This document shows, piece after piece, positions 10,123-20,782 of a stretch of DNA of 64,000 nt; position 1 is the stretch's first letter, and every line of letters begins with the position of its first letter. The notes under the pieces are model-generated. The model made no database searches, was not told the DNA's origin, and saw only the letters and a list, made by a program, of their open reading frames with translations. The DNA lies in contig CBDCNP010000002.1 of the NCBI GenBank assembly GCA_965219415.1, positions 5,280,001 to 5,344,000 on the forward strand. Reading direction: 5' to 3'. The DNA is from Candidatus Marinacidobacterales bacterium (GTDB lineage Bacteria > Acidobacteriota > Vicinamibacteria > Marinacidobacterales > DATDRI01). Made by a program: the position numbers and the translations under genes.

Positions 10123-10614
10123 CTACCAGGTGCCGAGCAGTCGTCGCACCACGACCAGCTCACCCAGGTGGTAAGCATTGTGATCGGCCAACACCAATAT
10201 CTCCCGCAAGACAGTTTGCCCGTCTCCATGCGGGATGGGATCGTAGAGGTCGGTCGCTGGGTTCTGGATGAATTCTCGAAACGCTTCGAGATCCGCCTGA
10301 AAGAGGCCGACGCTTTTCTCCCAAGACCCCGGCTCCGGTGGCGACGCGTCTTCCGGCCAGTAGCCGGCAGGGAAATTGGGGGACGCGTGTTTGGGATTCC
10401 GACTGAACTCCGAAATGTCCCACTGCGCGATCCGCAGATGCTCCAAGATCTCCCAGGGAGTGTGCGATGCTCCTTGCGGTTTTTCTCCCTGACGCTCCAA
10501 AGGAAGGTCGGAGACGGCAGTGTCGAAATCCACATGCGCCTGTTTCCCGGCGAGGAGCTTGACGAGGTGTTCTCGAAGCATCCGGTCTTCACTTGAAGGG
10601 CTCATCCGTTCCAC
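10123..10614 (-). CDS. DinB-family protein
   Basis: HTPWEILEHLRIAQWDI and ADHNAYHLGE motifs. Confidence 0.9.
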   Translation of the reverse strand: MERMSPSSEDRMLREHLVKLLAGKQAHVDFDTAVSDLPLERQGEKPQGASHTPWEILEHLRIAQWDISEFSRNPKHASPNFPAGYWPEDASPPEPGSWEKSVGLFQADLEAFREFIQNPATDLYDPIPHGDGQTVLREILVLADHNAYHLGELVVVRRLLGTW

Positions 10615-10635
10615 CTCCCTGACATTTCACCAATC

Positions 10636-11247
10636 TTACGAGAGTTCGACTCGCCCTTTGACTGTGTCGAGAGTCGCATGGAGCCCTTCGGTGTCACCCT
10701 CTCGGACATCGACGCCCAATCGAAATGTGGCGAGAAACGCCCTTACGTTTTCGGGACGACGAGCTTCGATCTCCAGCCGAACCAAATTACACCCTTTGGG
10801 CGCATCTTGGCCAGGATGAACCATACCTTCCCATTCGATGAATCCTGGAACATGAGGAAGCAAACCCCGACCCTCGATAGTTGCGAAACTCCAGCGGAGC
10901 ACCGTTCCGTTCGGCTTGCGGCGGGACTCGGTAACCTTGGTGATCGGATAACCGTGTTCCTTGCCTCGCACGACGAGCTCTTCCATGTCATCGACACGGG
11001 CGACCCAGCTAATGAGGCAGGCCTCGTGAAGCTCCGTTAGTCGGGCCGCCAGATCGGAAACGTTTTCTTGTTCGGGATCGGGTGCAATGATTTCCAAATA
11101 ACGACTCTCCCCGAGGGAGAGAAGAGCGTTCCGGGTTCCGAGGCCGGGATGGCTTCCTCCGGGGGCCGCCCGAACTCCGGTCCGCTCCGCGATCTCTTCG
11201 ATCCCGCGCTCGAGGTCATGGGTTCCCCAAATAAGATGGTCTAGCAC
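10636..11247 (-). CDS. VOC/glyoxalase-like protein
   Basis: LDHL, GGSHPGLGTRNAL, YLEIIAPDP, FIEW motifs. Confidence 0.9.
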   Translation of the reverse strand: MLDHLIWGTHDLERGIEEIAERTGVRAAPGGSHPGLGTRNALLSLGESRYLEIIAPDPEQENVSDLAARLTELHEACLISWVARVDDMEELVVRGKEHGYPITKVTESRRKPNGTVLRWSFATIEGRGLLPHVPGFIEWEGMVHPGQDAPKGCNLVRLEIEARRPENVRAFLATFRLGVDVREGDTEGLHATLDTVKGRVELS

Positions 11248-11305
11248 AAGGTTATGTTAGCCGGATCGGCCTCGGTCTTCAGATTAGTGCGCGCGGGGCC
11301 CCACC

Positions 11306-11410
11306 GCCGCCTGGCTAGCTATAGATTGGCACCAACCTATTTTGGCGGCAAGCGGGAACTGAGTGCCCGCCTGGCTAGCTTGTGTCAAAGCAACCACCTA
11401 CTTTGGCGGC
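11306..11410. repeat. Two tandem ~60-bp hairpin repeats with variable loops
   Basis: CCGCCTGGCTAGCT at 11307 and 11367; ACCTAYTTTGGCGGC at 11335 and 11396. Confidence 0.7.
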
Positions 11411-11468
11411 CGACACGGCTGGCATGGGTTCATGCCTGCGCTCGGGCCTCACGGGCCACTATTACATT

Positions 11469-12534
11469 CTAACTTCGCGTCGCCGCGTTGTCTCGGGCTC
11501 GCCTTGCAAGCGTCGTACCCACCAGCGCGCCCACCGCGCCCGCCAGGAAGCCGGCCGGAACATCGATCCCGTGATGGTAGCGAGTGTACACGCAGGCGAG
11601 ACTCATACCTGCGGCAAAAAAGCCAAGCACGAAAGAGGCGCGCCGATGAAACGGCGCCAAGCCGAAGACCATTCCCCAACTGGCCGCAACGTGCGAACTG
11701 GGGAAGCAACCGCCCGAAACCGCGCCTCGTTCGATGATCCATTCGATAATCGGCGTAAAAGCGATGCCCTCGAACGGCTTGAGCCCCGCCATCAATTCTG
11801 GGTTCTCCCAGGGCCCCCCGGGCGGGAAGCCAGGGATACCAGATGAAACAAAGAAAAAAGGCAAGCATCATGGAAGTGATGGCGCCTTCGAACCCAGGAC
11901 CGGGCTCACCTTTTGTGCCTTTGGGCCCGAACCACGCGACCGTCACGCCGCCGATGAGAATCAAGTAATACGAAAAGTAAAAGCCGTACAGGATCTCATC
12001 CTGGGGTAGCCCGACCCAGCCCGACATCAGGAGCGCGGGCAGGTCGCCGAACAGCCACTGGTCCGCCGCATAGAGCTTCGGCTCGAACCAGTAAGGCGAC
12101 CCGGGGGCGATCGCGTTGACCGTCTGCTGGACTTCCTCGAAGTAGAGCACGACCAGGAGCAACGGATAGCTGTATCGGAGGAACCGGGCGCCTCCGCGAA
12201 CCATCTTCCGCCATATCGGCTCACTCGGTGGTGCCAGCTCCCAACGCGCCCCGCGCGGGGGAAGAATGAAGACCACGAACACCACCAGAGCGTGCAGTGC
12301 GAGAATGGGTAAGGGGTCGGCGATGTTGTTATAGCAAGCAAGGACGAGCAAGGCGGTCACCACCGTGTAGAGAATGACCGCGCCGTTCAACGCCGTCCAT
12401 GGTTGAATTCCTTTCCATCGAGTCTGCACGGATTCGTCGATCCTCGAAACTTCGGAGTCTACTATAGCGAAACCGCTCTGGGCTCTTTCACGCGCCAGGC
12501 GGTTCGTTTGTTGCGGCAAAGGCAGATCCTTCAT
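11469..12534 (-). CDS. PAP2/AUR1-like membrane phosphatase or phosphotransferase (frameshift near 11820)
   Basis: FYFSYY, P..GP, CFPSSHVA, RYHHGIDVPAG motifs. Confidence 0.85.
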
Positions 12535-12708
12535 CACAACCTCCCCGACCCCGGGTCTTGAACCTACCGGGGCGCGAATGTCTTCGAATATCCGGGCGGA
12601 TAGAGTCCTATCCGTTCGGATAGCGTCGTTAGTCAATCCGGTGAAACTTGAGCCGCGCTAAACGCTGGCCTGTTCGTCCGGCGACGAACTACGTTGCAAG
12701 CGCTATGC

Positions 12709-13795
12709 TGCCTTGGTGCACAATTCGCGATCTCGGTTCACAATTGTCCTGTACTCGCGGATACGAGGTTCCCCATGAGCATTTTCAAACGCACTCAGCG
12801 GAAGTATGTGAAGAAGGCCTATCGCGTGAGGAATTGGCGTGAATATGAGGCGGGTCTACGCAACCGCGGGAGCCTGACCGTCTGGATCTCGCTCACCGCC
12901 GGCAAGCTTGTGAACTGGGACGCGCCCCGGCCAAGGAGGAGGAAACCGGGCCGTCAACGCAAATACTCGAACCACGCCATCGAGACGGCTGTCACCCTGG
13001 GCATGGTGTTTCATCTGTCATCTAGGCAGAGCGAGGGATTGCTGCGGTCGTTGTTCGCTCTGATGAAGCTAGACAATGATGTGCCCGATCACACCACGAT
13101 CTCGAGGCGCAAGCCGAAGCTGGGTAAGGTCCCCTTCTACCCAGTCAAGCAGAAGACGCCGTTGCACATCTTGTTCGACAGCAGCGGTCTCGCTGTCCAC
13201 GCCGGCCAGCTGCGCAGAGCACAAAAGAGCAGGGACTATCGCAAGCTCCATCTGTGTGTCGACGAGCAGAGTGGCGAAGTCGTCGCCGGCGAGCTGACGA
13301 GCAAAAGAGCCCGCGATTCATCGCGGGTTGCATCGCTTGTCGGACAGATCGACAGTCCCATCTCATCGGCCAGAGCTGACACCGCATACGACGCCGGCGG
13401 CGTCTATGAGGCAATCGAGAATCACAGCGCTCATCGCTCGCCGAGGGTGCTGATACCGCCGCGCAAGGGCGCCCTGCTCGCATCGGGGCCGGCGAGCAGC
13501 CGACAGCGCAATCGCAACATTGCAGCACAAGCTCGGCTCGGCAAACGAAAGTGGCACACAGAATCGGGCTACAGCAAACGGAACAAAGTCGAGACAACGT
13601 TCCATCGCTACAAGGCTATCGTGGGCTCAGCGATGCGAGCGAGAGGGTTGGCGGCACAGAGAGGTGAGGCAAGGATCGGGTGCAAGATTCTCAACACCAT
13701 GACGGCGCTCGGGATGCCTGATAGCGAGATGATCGGATGATGGGAGTCGGAGCCAAGCGAGCTCTCGGCCTCTATCGGAGTTGTGCACCAAGGCA
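12709..13795 (+). mobile_element. IS5 family (IS903-like) element
   Basis: IRs GCCTTGGTGCACAA / TTGTGCACCAAGGC; no target duplication; adjacent ABC gene truncated. Confidence 0.88.
12775..13740 (+). CDS. IS5-family transposase
   Basis: NWREYEAGLRNRGSLTVW, PDHTTISRR, DSSG, ADTAYD, GYSKRNKVETTF motifs. Confidence 0.92.
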   Translation: MSIFKRTQRKYVKKAYRVRNWREYEAGLRNRGSLTVWISLTAGKLVNWDAPRPRRRKPGRQRKYSNHAIETAVTLGMVFHLSSRQSEGLLRSLFALMKLDNDVPDHTTISRRKPKLGKVPFYPVKQKTPLHILFDSSGLAVHAGQLRRAQKSRDYRKLHLCVDEQSGEVVAGELTSKRARDSSRVASLVGQIDSPISSARADTAYDAGGVYEAIENHSAHRSPRVLIPPRKGALLASGPASSRQRNRNIAAQARLGKRKWHTESGYSKRNKVETTFHRYKAIVGSAMRARGLAAQRGEARIGCKILNTMTALGMPDSEMIG

Positions 13796-13968
13796 GGTCG
13801 AGGCCACCAATTAGGTTGAGCAAAGTGCTCTTTCCCGAGCCCGAAGCCCCATCAACGCCAGGAACTCGCCATCCGGGATATTCAGGTCGAGCCCCTCCAG
13901 CACGTGGATCTCCTCCGAGCCACGGCGGAAGTATTTCGTGACTCCTTTGACTTCAACTAGATTCCCAT
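13796..13968 (-). pseudogene. ABC transporter ATP-binding protein, N-terminal stub
   Basis: MGNLVEVKGVTKYFRRGSEEIHVLEGLDL...GEFLALMG, disrupted Walker A, cut by IS5. Confidence 0.8.
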
Positions 13969-13977
13969 TGCTTGCAC

Positions 13978-15192
13978 TCATCGACTGCGCTCCTCTACCC
14001 GTTCTCCATCTGCCAGTTCGTCTGGTCCTTCTACCACCACGCTCTCTCCGGGCGAGATCCCGGAAAGAACCAGCGCTTCCCCGTCTTCAATCGTTCCCAG
14101 CCTCACCGCGCGTCGCTCGACCTGTCCATCACGAACGACGAAGACCACGTCTCGACCTTCGTCGCGGCTAACGGCTCCCTTCGGAATCCTGACCGCGCTG
14201 CCACCGGCTTGCTCCGCTTCGTCGCCCTGGAATGCCACCTTGACTCCCATGTCCGGAAGAACGCGCGGATCGAGCTCGTCAAACCCAATGCGCACTCGCA
14301 CGGTCGCGCGATCGCGATCGGCGGTCGGGACGATGGCGATGACGTGACTCGGAATGCGCCAGGTTGGGTAAGCGTCGAGCGTAGCTTCGACCGTTTGCCC
14401 CGCTTGAACACGATTGATGTAGCTCTCGTTGACGTCGACCTCGATCTCGAGTGAACTCATGTCGACAACGGTCCCGATCCCGGTCCGGGTGAACCCTCCG
14501 CCGGCCGAGACCGGAGAGATCATCTCGCCCGGCTGTGCATTTTTGGTGGTGACGACGCCGTCGAAGGGCGCGCGGATGATCGTATCTTCCAGCTGTTGAT
14601 TCCACACCGCAATGCGTCTCTCCGCGACCGTTTCTTCTTCGCCCTGTCTCGCCATGCGCGCCTCGATGACGTCGACGCTGGCCTGCACCCGATCGAGCTC
14701 CGCTTGACTGACCACCGAATCCGCGACGAGCGCCTTGGTCCGATCGAGATTCAGATTCGCTTCGGCGAGCCGGACTTTCGTTTCCTCGAGTGCGGTTTTG
14801 ACCGCTACCAGCTCCGCGCGAGCCAGCCGAAAGCTGGCATCGACGTTGGTGGTGTCGAGACGCGCCAGGACTTGGCCTTCCTCGACGACCATGCCTTCTT
14901 CGATCAGCACCTCGAGAACCTTGGCCGTCACTTTGGAGGAAACGGTTGCCCGCCGACGCGCCGTCACATAACCGGATGCGTTCAGCACCGTCTGGCCCTC
15001 GCCGAGCTGAACTTCCTGTGCCAGCGCGGTAATCACTTCCGCTCCCATCGCCCGCGTCATCCACCATACGAGGGCCGCGACGACGAGGAACGCGCCGAAG
15101 AGCGCGAACCAAAGCCAGGATCGCGATAGATCTTCTACAATCGAAGAACGATCGATTCGCAAATCGTCAAGCGAGGATTTTCTCTCGGTCAT
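13978..15192 (-). CDS. Efflux periplasmic adaptor (MFP) subunit of a MacAB-like exporter
   Basis: LNASGYVTARR, IRAPFDG, EVDVNESYI, LPDMGVKV motifs; N-terminal TM. Confidence 0.9.
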   Translation of the reverse strand: MTERKSSLDDLRIDRSSIVEDLSRSWLWFALFGAFLVVAALVWWMTRAMGAEVITALAQEVQLGEGQTVLNASGYVTARRRATVSSKVTAKVLEVLIEEGMVVEEGQVLARLDTTNVDASFRLARAELVAVKTALEETKVRLAEANLNLDRTKALVADSVVSQAELDRVQASVDVIEARMARQGEEETVAERRIAVWNQQLEDTIIRAPFDGVVTTKNAQPGEMISPVSAGGGFTRTGIGTVVDMSSLEIEVDVNESYINRVQAGQTVEATLDAYPTWRIPSHVIAIVPTADRDRATVRVRIGFDELDPRVLPDMGVKVAFQGDEAEQAGGSAVRIPKGAVSRDEGRDVVFVVRDGQVERRAVRLGTIEDGEALVLSGISPGESVVVEGPDELADGERVEERSR

Positions 15193-15319
15193 GGCGGGCA
15201 CCGTCCAATCTTTCATCATAGCGATTCGCCAGAATGGGCGCCAGGAACGAATACCGGCGACTTCTGCCAAGAGTTTCCGGCCAAGCGCCTTACCCTTTAC
15301 CGCGAGACGACGTCGCTCG

Positions 15320-15770
15320 TCGTAGGCTGCTATCGCCTACTTGCTCGAAGAGAACAGAGTCCTCAAGGCTCGGCTTTGCGGGAGGAAGCTTCGTCTCACA
15401 GAAGTTCTGCGAGTTCGTGGTGGAATGGCGAAGTCGAATCCGAGGTGGGGGTATACACGCATTCGCGGCGCCTCTCGAATCTCGGCGATACCGTAGCCAG
15501 GAGCACCATCGCCAATATTCTGCGGGAACATGGCATCGAGCCCGCGCCGGATAGAGGTGAGCGGACGCCGTGGCGCACGTTTCTCGCCGCCCATTGGGGA
15601 ACCGTTGCTGCGACTGACTTCTTCACCATTGAGATCGCCACGGTCCGCAGGCTTGTGACCTACCATGTGCTCGTCGTCATCGAGCTGTCTTCGCGAAAAG
15701 TACACATTGCTGGAATCACTCCCCGGCCGGACGGCGCGTTCATGATGCAGGTCGGTCGGAATCTCACCAA
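15320..15770 (+). pseudogene. Integrase-core (IS3/IS481-like) transposase remnant
   Basis: AYLLEENRVLK, ILREHGIEPAP, WRTFLAAHW, ATDFFT motifs; cut by the repeat at 15771. Confidence 0.85.
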
Positions 15771-15873
15771 CCCCGTCCTGTGCCAAAACTCGGCCCTTTT
15801 GAAATAGGCCATAAATCAGCAACTTAGTGTCTGTGTTTGCGACCGGGCCAAGGGCCGTGGGCTTTACAATCGT
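15771..15873 (+). repeat. ~100-bp IS-end repeat (copy 3)
   Basis: Reverse complement of 1-103; contains IHF-like AATCAGCAACTTA. Confidence 0.8.
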
Positions 15874-16002
15874 CTTGGGCGGGCGGGTCGTCACCATGCA
15901 GATGATCACCTAGTCGAGAGCGAATATCGAAGCGTGTGCCTGAAGCTGTTTCCACGCTACGCTGGTCGAGCGCACCGAGGGGCTACCGTCGCCGGCGACC
16001 AT

Positions 16003-16787
16003 CTACGCGGCACGGCAGTAGTAGTTGAGAATGCCCCCAAGTCGCTCTCGCGACACGATGGGGCCAGCGTGTCATTCGCGCTTGCCGGCAGAGGTGTGAG
16101 GAGCTCGTTGCCGAGACCTTGGTGGTTCCGTTCTGTGTGATAGTGCACTACGTATTCGGTTACCGCTGTGCGCAGGTGTCGCTCACTGAGAGGTACGAAG
16201 CGGTCGAGACACTCTCGACGTATGGAGAGAACGAATCTTTCCGCATATGCGTTCAGATTCGAACTATTCGCGGGAAGGCGAAGGGGCTTCACGCCTGATT
16301 GTTCGGCGCGATCTTGTGGCCCAGGTTGGCCATAGCTCCTTGGATTCGAGCGTAGCCCCAAGACGGGCTCGACTTGGCCATGCGCACGACCAACTCCTCG
16401 ATTTCCGACGAGATGGGCGGACGCCCCGTTTGACGACGAGGGTACGTCCATTTCCTCGCGATGAGCTCACGGTGCCATCGGAGAAGCGTATCCGGGGTGA
16501 CCAGAGTTGCCACTTCCCCGAGGAGTTTCCGTCCAAGCTCTTTCCCCTTGGCCGCAAGCCGTCGACGCTGCTCGTCGCTCAAGCGCAACCGCTGACCGAG
16601 CTGCGCCTTCAAAACACGGTTCTCCTCCTGCAGATACTCAAGGATCTTCTGCTGCTCCTGGTTCAGCCAACCGGCCAGGAGCGAGACCAGGAAGATTTGT
16701 GGCGAGACAAATGGGCTCATCGCAAGCATCGTAGCCGAAGTCACTTACGGCTGCGAAAGATGACCGGCTGAGTTTTTGCACCATAAG
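16003..16787 (-). mobile_element. Internally deleted integrase-core IS3/IS481-like element
   Basis: [29 protein letters not shown] joined to [25 protein letters not shown]; end motif CTTATGGTGCAAAAACTC. Confidence 0.8.
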
Positions 16788-17090
16788 AGGTCAGCCATTT
16801 GCTCCGGGCCGTGCAACAACGCCTTCCGTAGGCCCTTTCAGGCCGTGTTTAGCGACGCGGAAGGTTACTCCGCCTTTACTTCATTTCCACACCTTTTGAG
16901 GGTAGCTCTTGCAACAACATCTGCGGGTACCCTACGCCATACAATTAGATTTTCTGGAGGCGCAGGAGCTGTTAGTAGTGTTACCTGCAAGCGTGCTCCC
17001 TCGTCACTAAATGCAATGCCTTTTCGCCATAATGCCTTTGGCTCGCGAGCGGCTCGACTCGGACCCTTCATGTTGGCCCGTACAGCGACC

Positions 17091-17613
17091 GGTGCTTCCG
17101 CAATTAAGTGCTGGCGGCCAACCCCTAACCCGTCTGCGTGCTAGAGTTAGAGCCAGAATTCTGAAGACACAGTTCTCTCATCGTCAGGGCCGAGCCGAAG
17201 TGAAGAATCGCAGATGTCTCAATCCCGCATGTCCGTCGTATGGAAAAGTCGGTTCCAGAAGTATTATTCACAACGGATTCTACAGAACAAGGTCCGGGAA
17301 ACGCCGTCGATACCGGTGCGGCGAGTGCGGAAAGACGTTCTCTTCGACGAAAGGCACGCCCTACTACCGTCTCCAACATCGAAGAGCTACTTTCGATGGG
17401 GTCATCGCTCTCAGAGTCGAGGGTGTCAGCATTTCCTCGATTTTCCGGATCAAAGGGATTGCCTGGAACACCGTCGCCCGCTGGCTCGAGAAGGCAGCCC
17501 AAGTGTGTCGTCGATTCAATCACAGAAGGATCGCTGGCTTCGCTGCCAAAGAGCTTCAAGCCGACGAGATTAGCACGTCCGCGGGCAACAAGAAGACGCC
17601 GAGTTGGGTCTTC
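17091..17613 (+). mobile_element. IS1 copy B, 5' half (inverted)
   Basis: IR GGTGCTTCCGCAATTAAGTG; transposase N-terminus from 17200 ends at SWVF, exactly where the 6339-8462 half begins. Confidence 0.9.
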
Positions 17614-18552
17614 CAACATGCGCTCGGCGGCATCCGGGTTTTCGGCAAAATACTGGTAGGGCGCGCGGATCTCGTCCACCCACCAGAAACGAATGTCTCT
17701 TCGCGGACGAGGGAGCTTCCCTTCCTCGATCAAACGAGCGAGGCTACGGCCGATCTCGAGAAGACTGGCTCAACCCGAACGATTGTCGTTGGCCGAAGGT
17801 TTTTCTTCCTGGAGGTGCGCGACCAAGACAACTGCTGGTTGGCTCGGGTCGGTCCCTCGAATCCAACCTTCGACGATTCCTTTGGTCGACTCGCCGAATT
17901 CGGCATCGATGTTGACCTTCACCTCGATCGGTTCATCGGCCCGATCGAGCTTTTCGCGTAGTCTCTCGCCCTCACGCTCCGTGAGAATCCAGGCGAATGT
18001 GCTTGGGCTCTTGGTTTCTGGTGCTTGCTCAGAGATCCCGCGCCAGGGCATTTGGTCGGGATAGGCTCGACGTCGACTGCCGTAGCTGATGACGCCCGCC
18101 GCTCCCCGCTCCCAAACCGCCATACGGTGCACCGTACCCGGTTCTCCGGAAGCGAAAACAACCTTGTCCTTCACCTCTTGGCCTTCGTAGTCGGAATCCT
18201 TCATCCCCTCGCCGACATCCACCAGCGCAGCGGTCACTTCGGTCGAATGAGAATTGACCGCGACACGCAACGGCGTCTCGCGCACGTCACCGAGATTCAG
18301 CTCGAAGGGAGACAAGATACGAGCTTCACCGCTGCGGATGGTCCATCCTCTCGTAGGTTTGTTCAACGAGAGTGTTTCGACATCTTGGAGCCCAACCTCT
18401 TCCGCCGTGGCCGCTACCCACTTCGCGGAAAGACGAAACCAGACACGGAAGCCATAAAGCAGTTTAGCGGCATGATTCGACCGGATTACATAGATGTACA
18501 TCGTCTCCCGCTGTACCGCACCCAGAGAGGGGTTCAACACCGCTGTCCGCAT
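17614..18552 (-). pseudogene. M28-family peptidase, N-terminal half with PA domain; in-frame TGA at 17770-17772
   Basis: VDVGEG..DYEG, GAAGVISY, LVAHLQE..SANDNRSG*ASLLEIGR, RDIRFWWVDEI. Confidence 0.8.
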
Positions 18553-18700
18553 GGCGCGCCGCCCGATTCGTCGGGGGGGGAGCGGACGGCAGCGGGTGCA
18601 ACCATGGTGAGCTCGACTGAGCGTCTCGACGCGTCGTACCAGTTTAGTTGGGGGAGTCGCTCATTGGAGGTCGCCAAACTCCGTTAACGGAGGCTTCCGG

Positions 18701-19633
18701 ATGGCAAGAACCAGGAAGGATTTGATGAGTGTAGTTGGCATTGCGAAGGACGTGTCCCTCGAGCAGGTGCCGACGAGTGAGCGTCCAAAGAAAAGCTCGG
18801 GGGGTAGATCCGCTTCCTTCCGTCGAGCTCCTGCGTGGCAGGTGGTGGCGCTGATCAGCATGTCGTTTCTCCTCCTCATAACCATCGGGGTGGCGTTCTA
18901 CGCGTTTCATCGGGTCGGCGAGCTGAATCAAGAACTTGGGCTGAGCGTGCATCGAGTAGAGCAAAAGCTTCAGAGTCTCGATGCCGGCATCAGCTTCGAT
19001 TCCAAAAGACAGCAACTCTTGATCGGGATCCGTGATGAAATCATGAAGGCCAACCCGAGAGTCAGTCTCAATCAGGCCTACGAGTACTCGCGGCTCATAC
19101 TGCAGGCATCCGACAAATATCCCGCCGTGGACCCGCTCATTTTTCTCGCGGTGGAGATAGTCGAAAGCGGTTACAACCCATCGGCCACCAGCCACGCGAA
19201 CGCCAAGGGTCTCTATCAGATATGGCCTTCCACCGGACGGATGCTGGCCCGAACGCTCAACTGGGAGTACTCCGACAAAATGCTGTACGACCCGGAGAAG
19301 AACACGGAGATGGCCGCTCTCTATTTGGACATACTTTTCACCGCTTACAACGATGAACGGATGGTGCTCGCCGAGTACAACGGTGGACCACTCAACGCCG
19401 GGTATCTTCGCGCCGGCAGCAGTCGAGCGGCGGCGGAGACACGGGACTATGTCATGAAAGTCGGGGATGTCTACGATCGCCTCCAAAACAAGTTCGAACG
19501 AGGCATCGACGTCCGCCTCGAGCCCATGCACCGTGACGGAGAGCGGGATGGGAAACTACTCGGTCGGCAGAGCCAAACGGCCAAGAAGAGCTATCGCGAA
19601 GTCGCGGACGCTGCGGCGTCGGGAATGCGATAG
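18701..19633 (+). CDS. Membrane-anchored lytic transglycosylase (SLT domain)
   Basis: VESGYNP, AKGLYQI, LAEYNGGP, ETRDYV motifs; TM plus coiled coil. Confidence 0.88.
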   Translation: MARTRKDLMSVVGIAKDVSLEQVPTSERPKKSSGGRSASFRRAPAWQVVALISMSFLLLITIGVAFYAFHRVGELNQELGLSVHRVEQKLQSLDAGISFDSKRQQLLIGIRDEIMKANPRVSLNQAYEYSRLILQASDKYPAVDPLIFLAVEIVESGYNPSATSHANAKGLYQIWPSTGRMLARTLNWEYSDKMLYDPEKNTEMAALYLDILFTAYNDERMVLAEYNGGPLNAGYLRAGSSRAAAETRDYVMKVGDVYDRLQNKFERGIDVRLEPMHRDGERDGKLLGRQSQTAKKSYREVADAAASGMR

Positions 19634-19663
19634 CTGGTTCGTACTGGAGCCCGACGACTGGAT

Positions 19664-19691
19664 GAGGGGGGCCGCAAGGCCCCCTTTTTTT
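19664..19691 (+). terminator. Rho-independent terminator
   Basis: GGGGGCC-GCAA-GGCCCCC followed by T7. Confidence 0.85.
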
Positions 19692-19717
19692 GTCTTGTTG
19701 CTGCCGGGTCTAGGCAC

Positions 19718-20782
19718 TTAGCACACCCCGTCGGTTCGCAAGCCTTCGACTTCGCTCGGAATGACGCCGATCTCCTCGAGCAGGATCAGGGTATGCTCTC
19801 CCAGCTCCGGAGCGGGTTCCCCGGAGTCGGCGGGCCGGGCAAAGGGTACCGCTAACTCGGGATCGAACATCCGCCGGTGCGAAACCTGCGGGTGAGATAG
19901 GGCTTCCCCCGGGTTTCGAACCAGCTCCACACAGGCATCCCTGCCCTCGAAGACCGCTTGCCATTCCGCCGCGTCCTTTCCGGCCACAACCTCCGCGACT
20001 TCTTGCCGTGCCGTCGGGTCACCGATGCGGTTCGACCAAGTCCGGCCTCTGGATGCCTTCACAGAAAACCCCCCCAAACTTCGGCTCGAACGCACCCACG
20101 GACAACCACCGCCCATCGCGGGTTTCATAAAGGCCATAGTTCGGAAAGCGATCGGAAAGTACCTCGCCGATCGGAGACATCGCGAGAGCCAGCAGGGAGA
20201 CGACGCCGTCCACCATGGCGAGGTCGATATAGCTGCCCTTGCCGCTGGTAGCCGACTTGTGAAGACCGGCGACCAAGGCGAGCGCCCCATAGAGACCGCC
20301 CCCAGCGAGGTCGGCGAACTGAATCCGCGGAACCTCTTCCCGCAGTGCTCCCGCCACCGCCATGTAGTTGATGTCGTGCCCAGCCCTGCTCCGGTAAGGA
20401 CCGTGCTGACCGTAGCCAGTAATCGAGAGGTAAACGAGTCGAGGGTTTTTTTTCGTCAGAGTCTCAAAGCCCAGCCCCAAACGCTCCATGACTCCTGGGC
20501 GGAAGCCCTCTATCAAGGCGTCCGAACGCTCCGCGAGGCGAAGCAGGAGGCTTCGCCCTCGATCCGACTTGAGGTTTGGCGTCAGACTCTTCTTGCCGCG
20601 ATTAAGTCGTCGGAACGCAATTTCATCCAGACCGCGCAGAGGATCCCCCGCCTCCGGGTTCTTCGACCTTGATGACCTCTGCGCCGAACTCCGACGCCAA
20701 CAGGCTGCAAAACGGACCGGGCGCGTAACGACTCAAGTCGAGGACGCGGGTGCCGCGAAGAAGTGACCGCATCTGTCGTCAC
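19718..20782 (-). CDS. CaiB/BaiF family CoA-transferase (several frameshifts)
   Basis: RVLDLSRYAPGPFC, EGFRPGVMERLGLG, GHDINY, ADLAGG, APELGEHT motifs spread over frames. Confidence 0.85.

Noticed and set aside
11306-11410. CRISPR array
   Set aside because: Only two units, spacers of 14-17 nt, no cas genes
16865-17071. 68-aa lower-GC ORF between IS remnants
   Set aside because: No recognisable motif or RBS; cannot be supported as a gene
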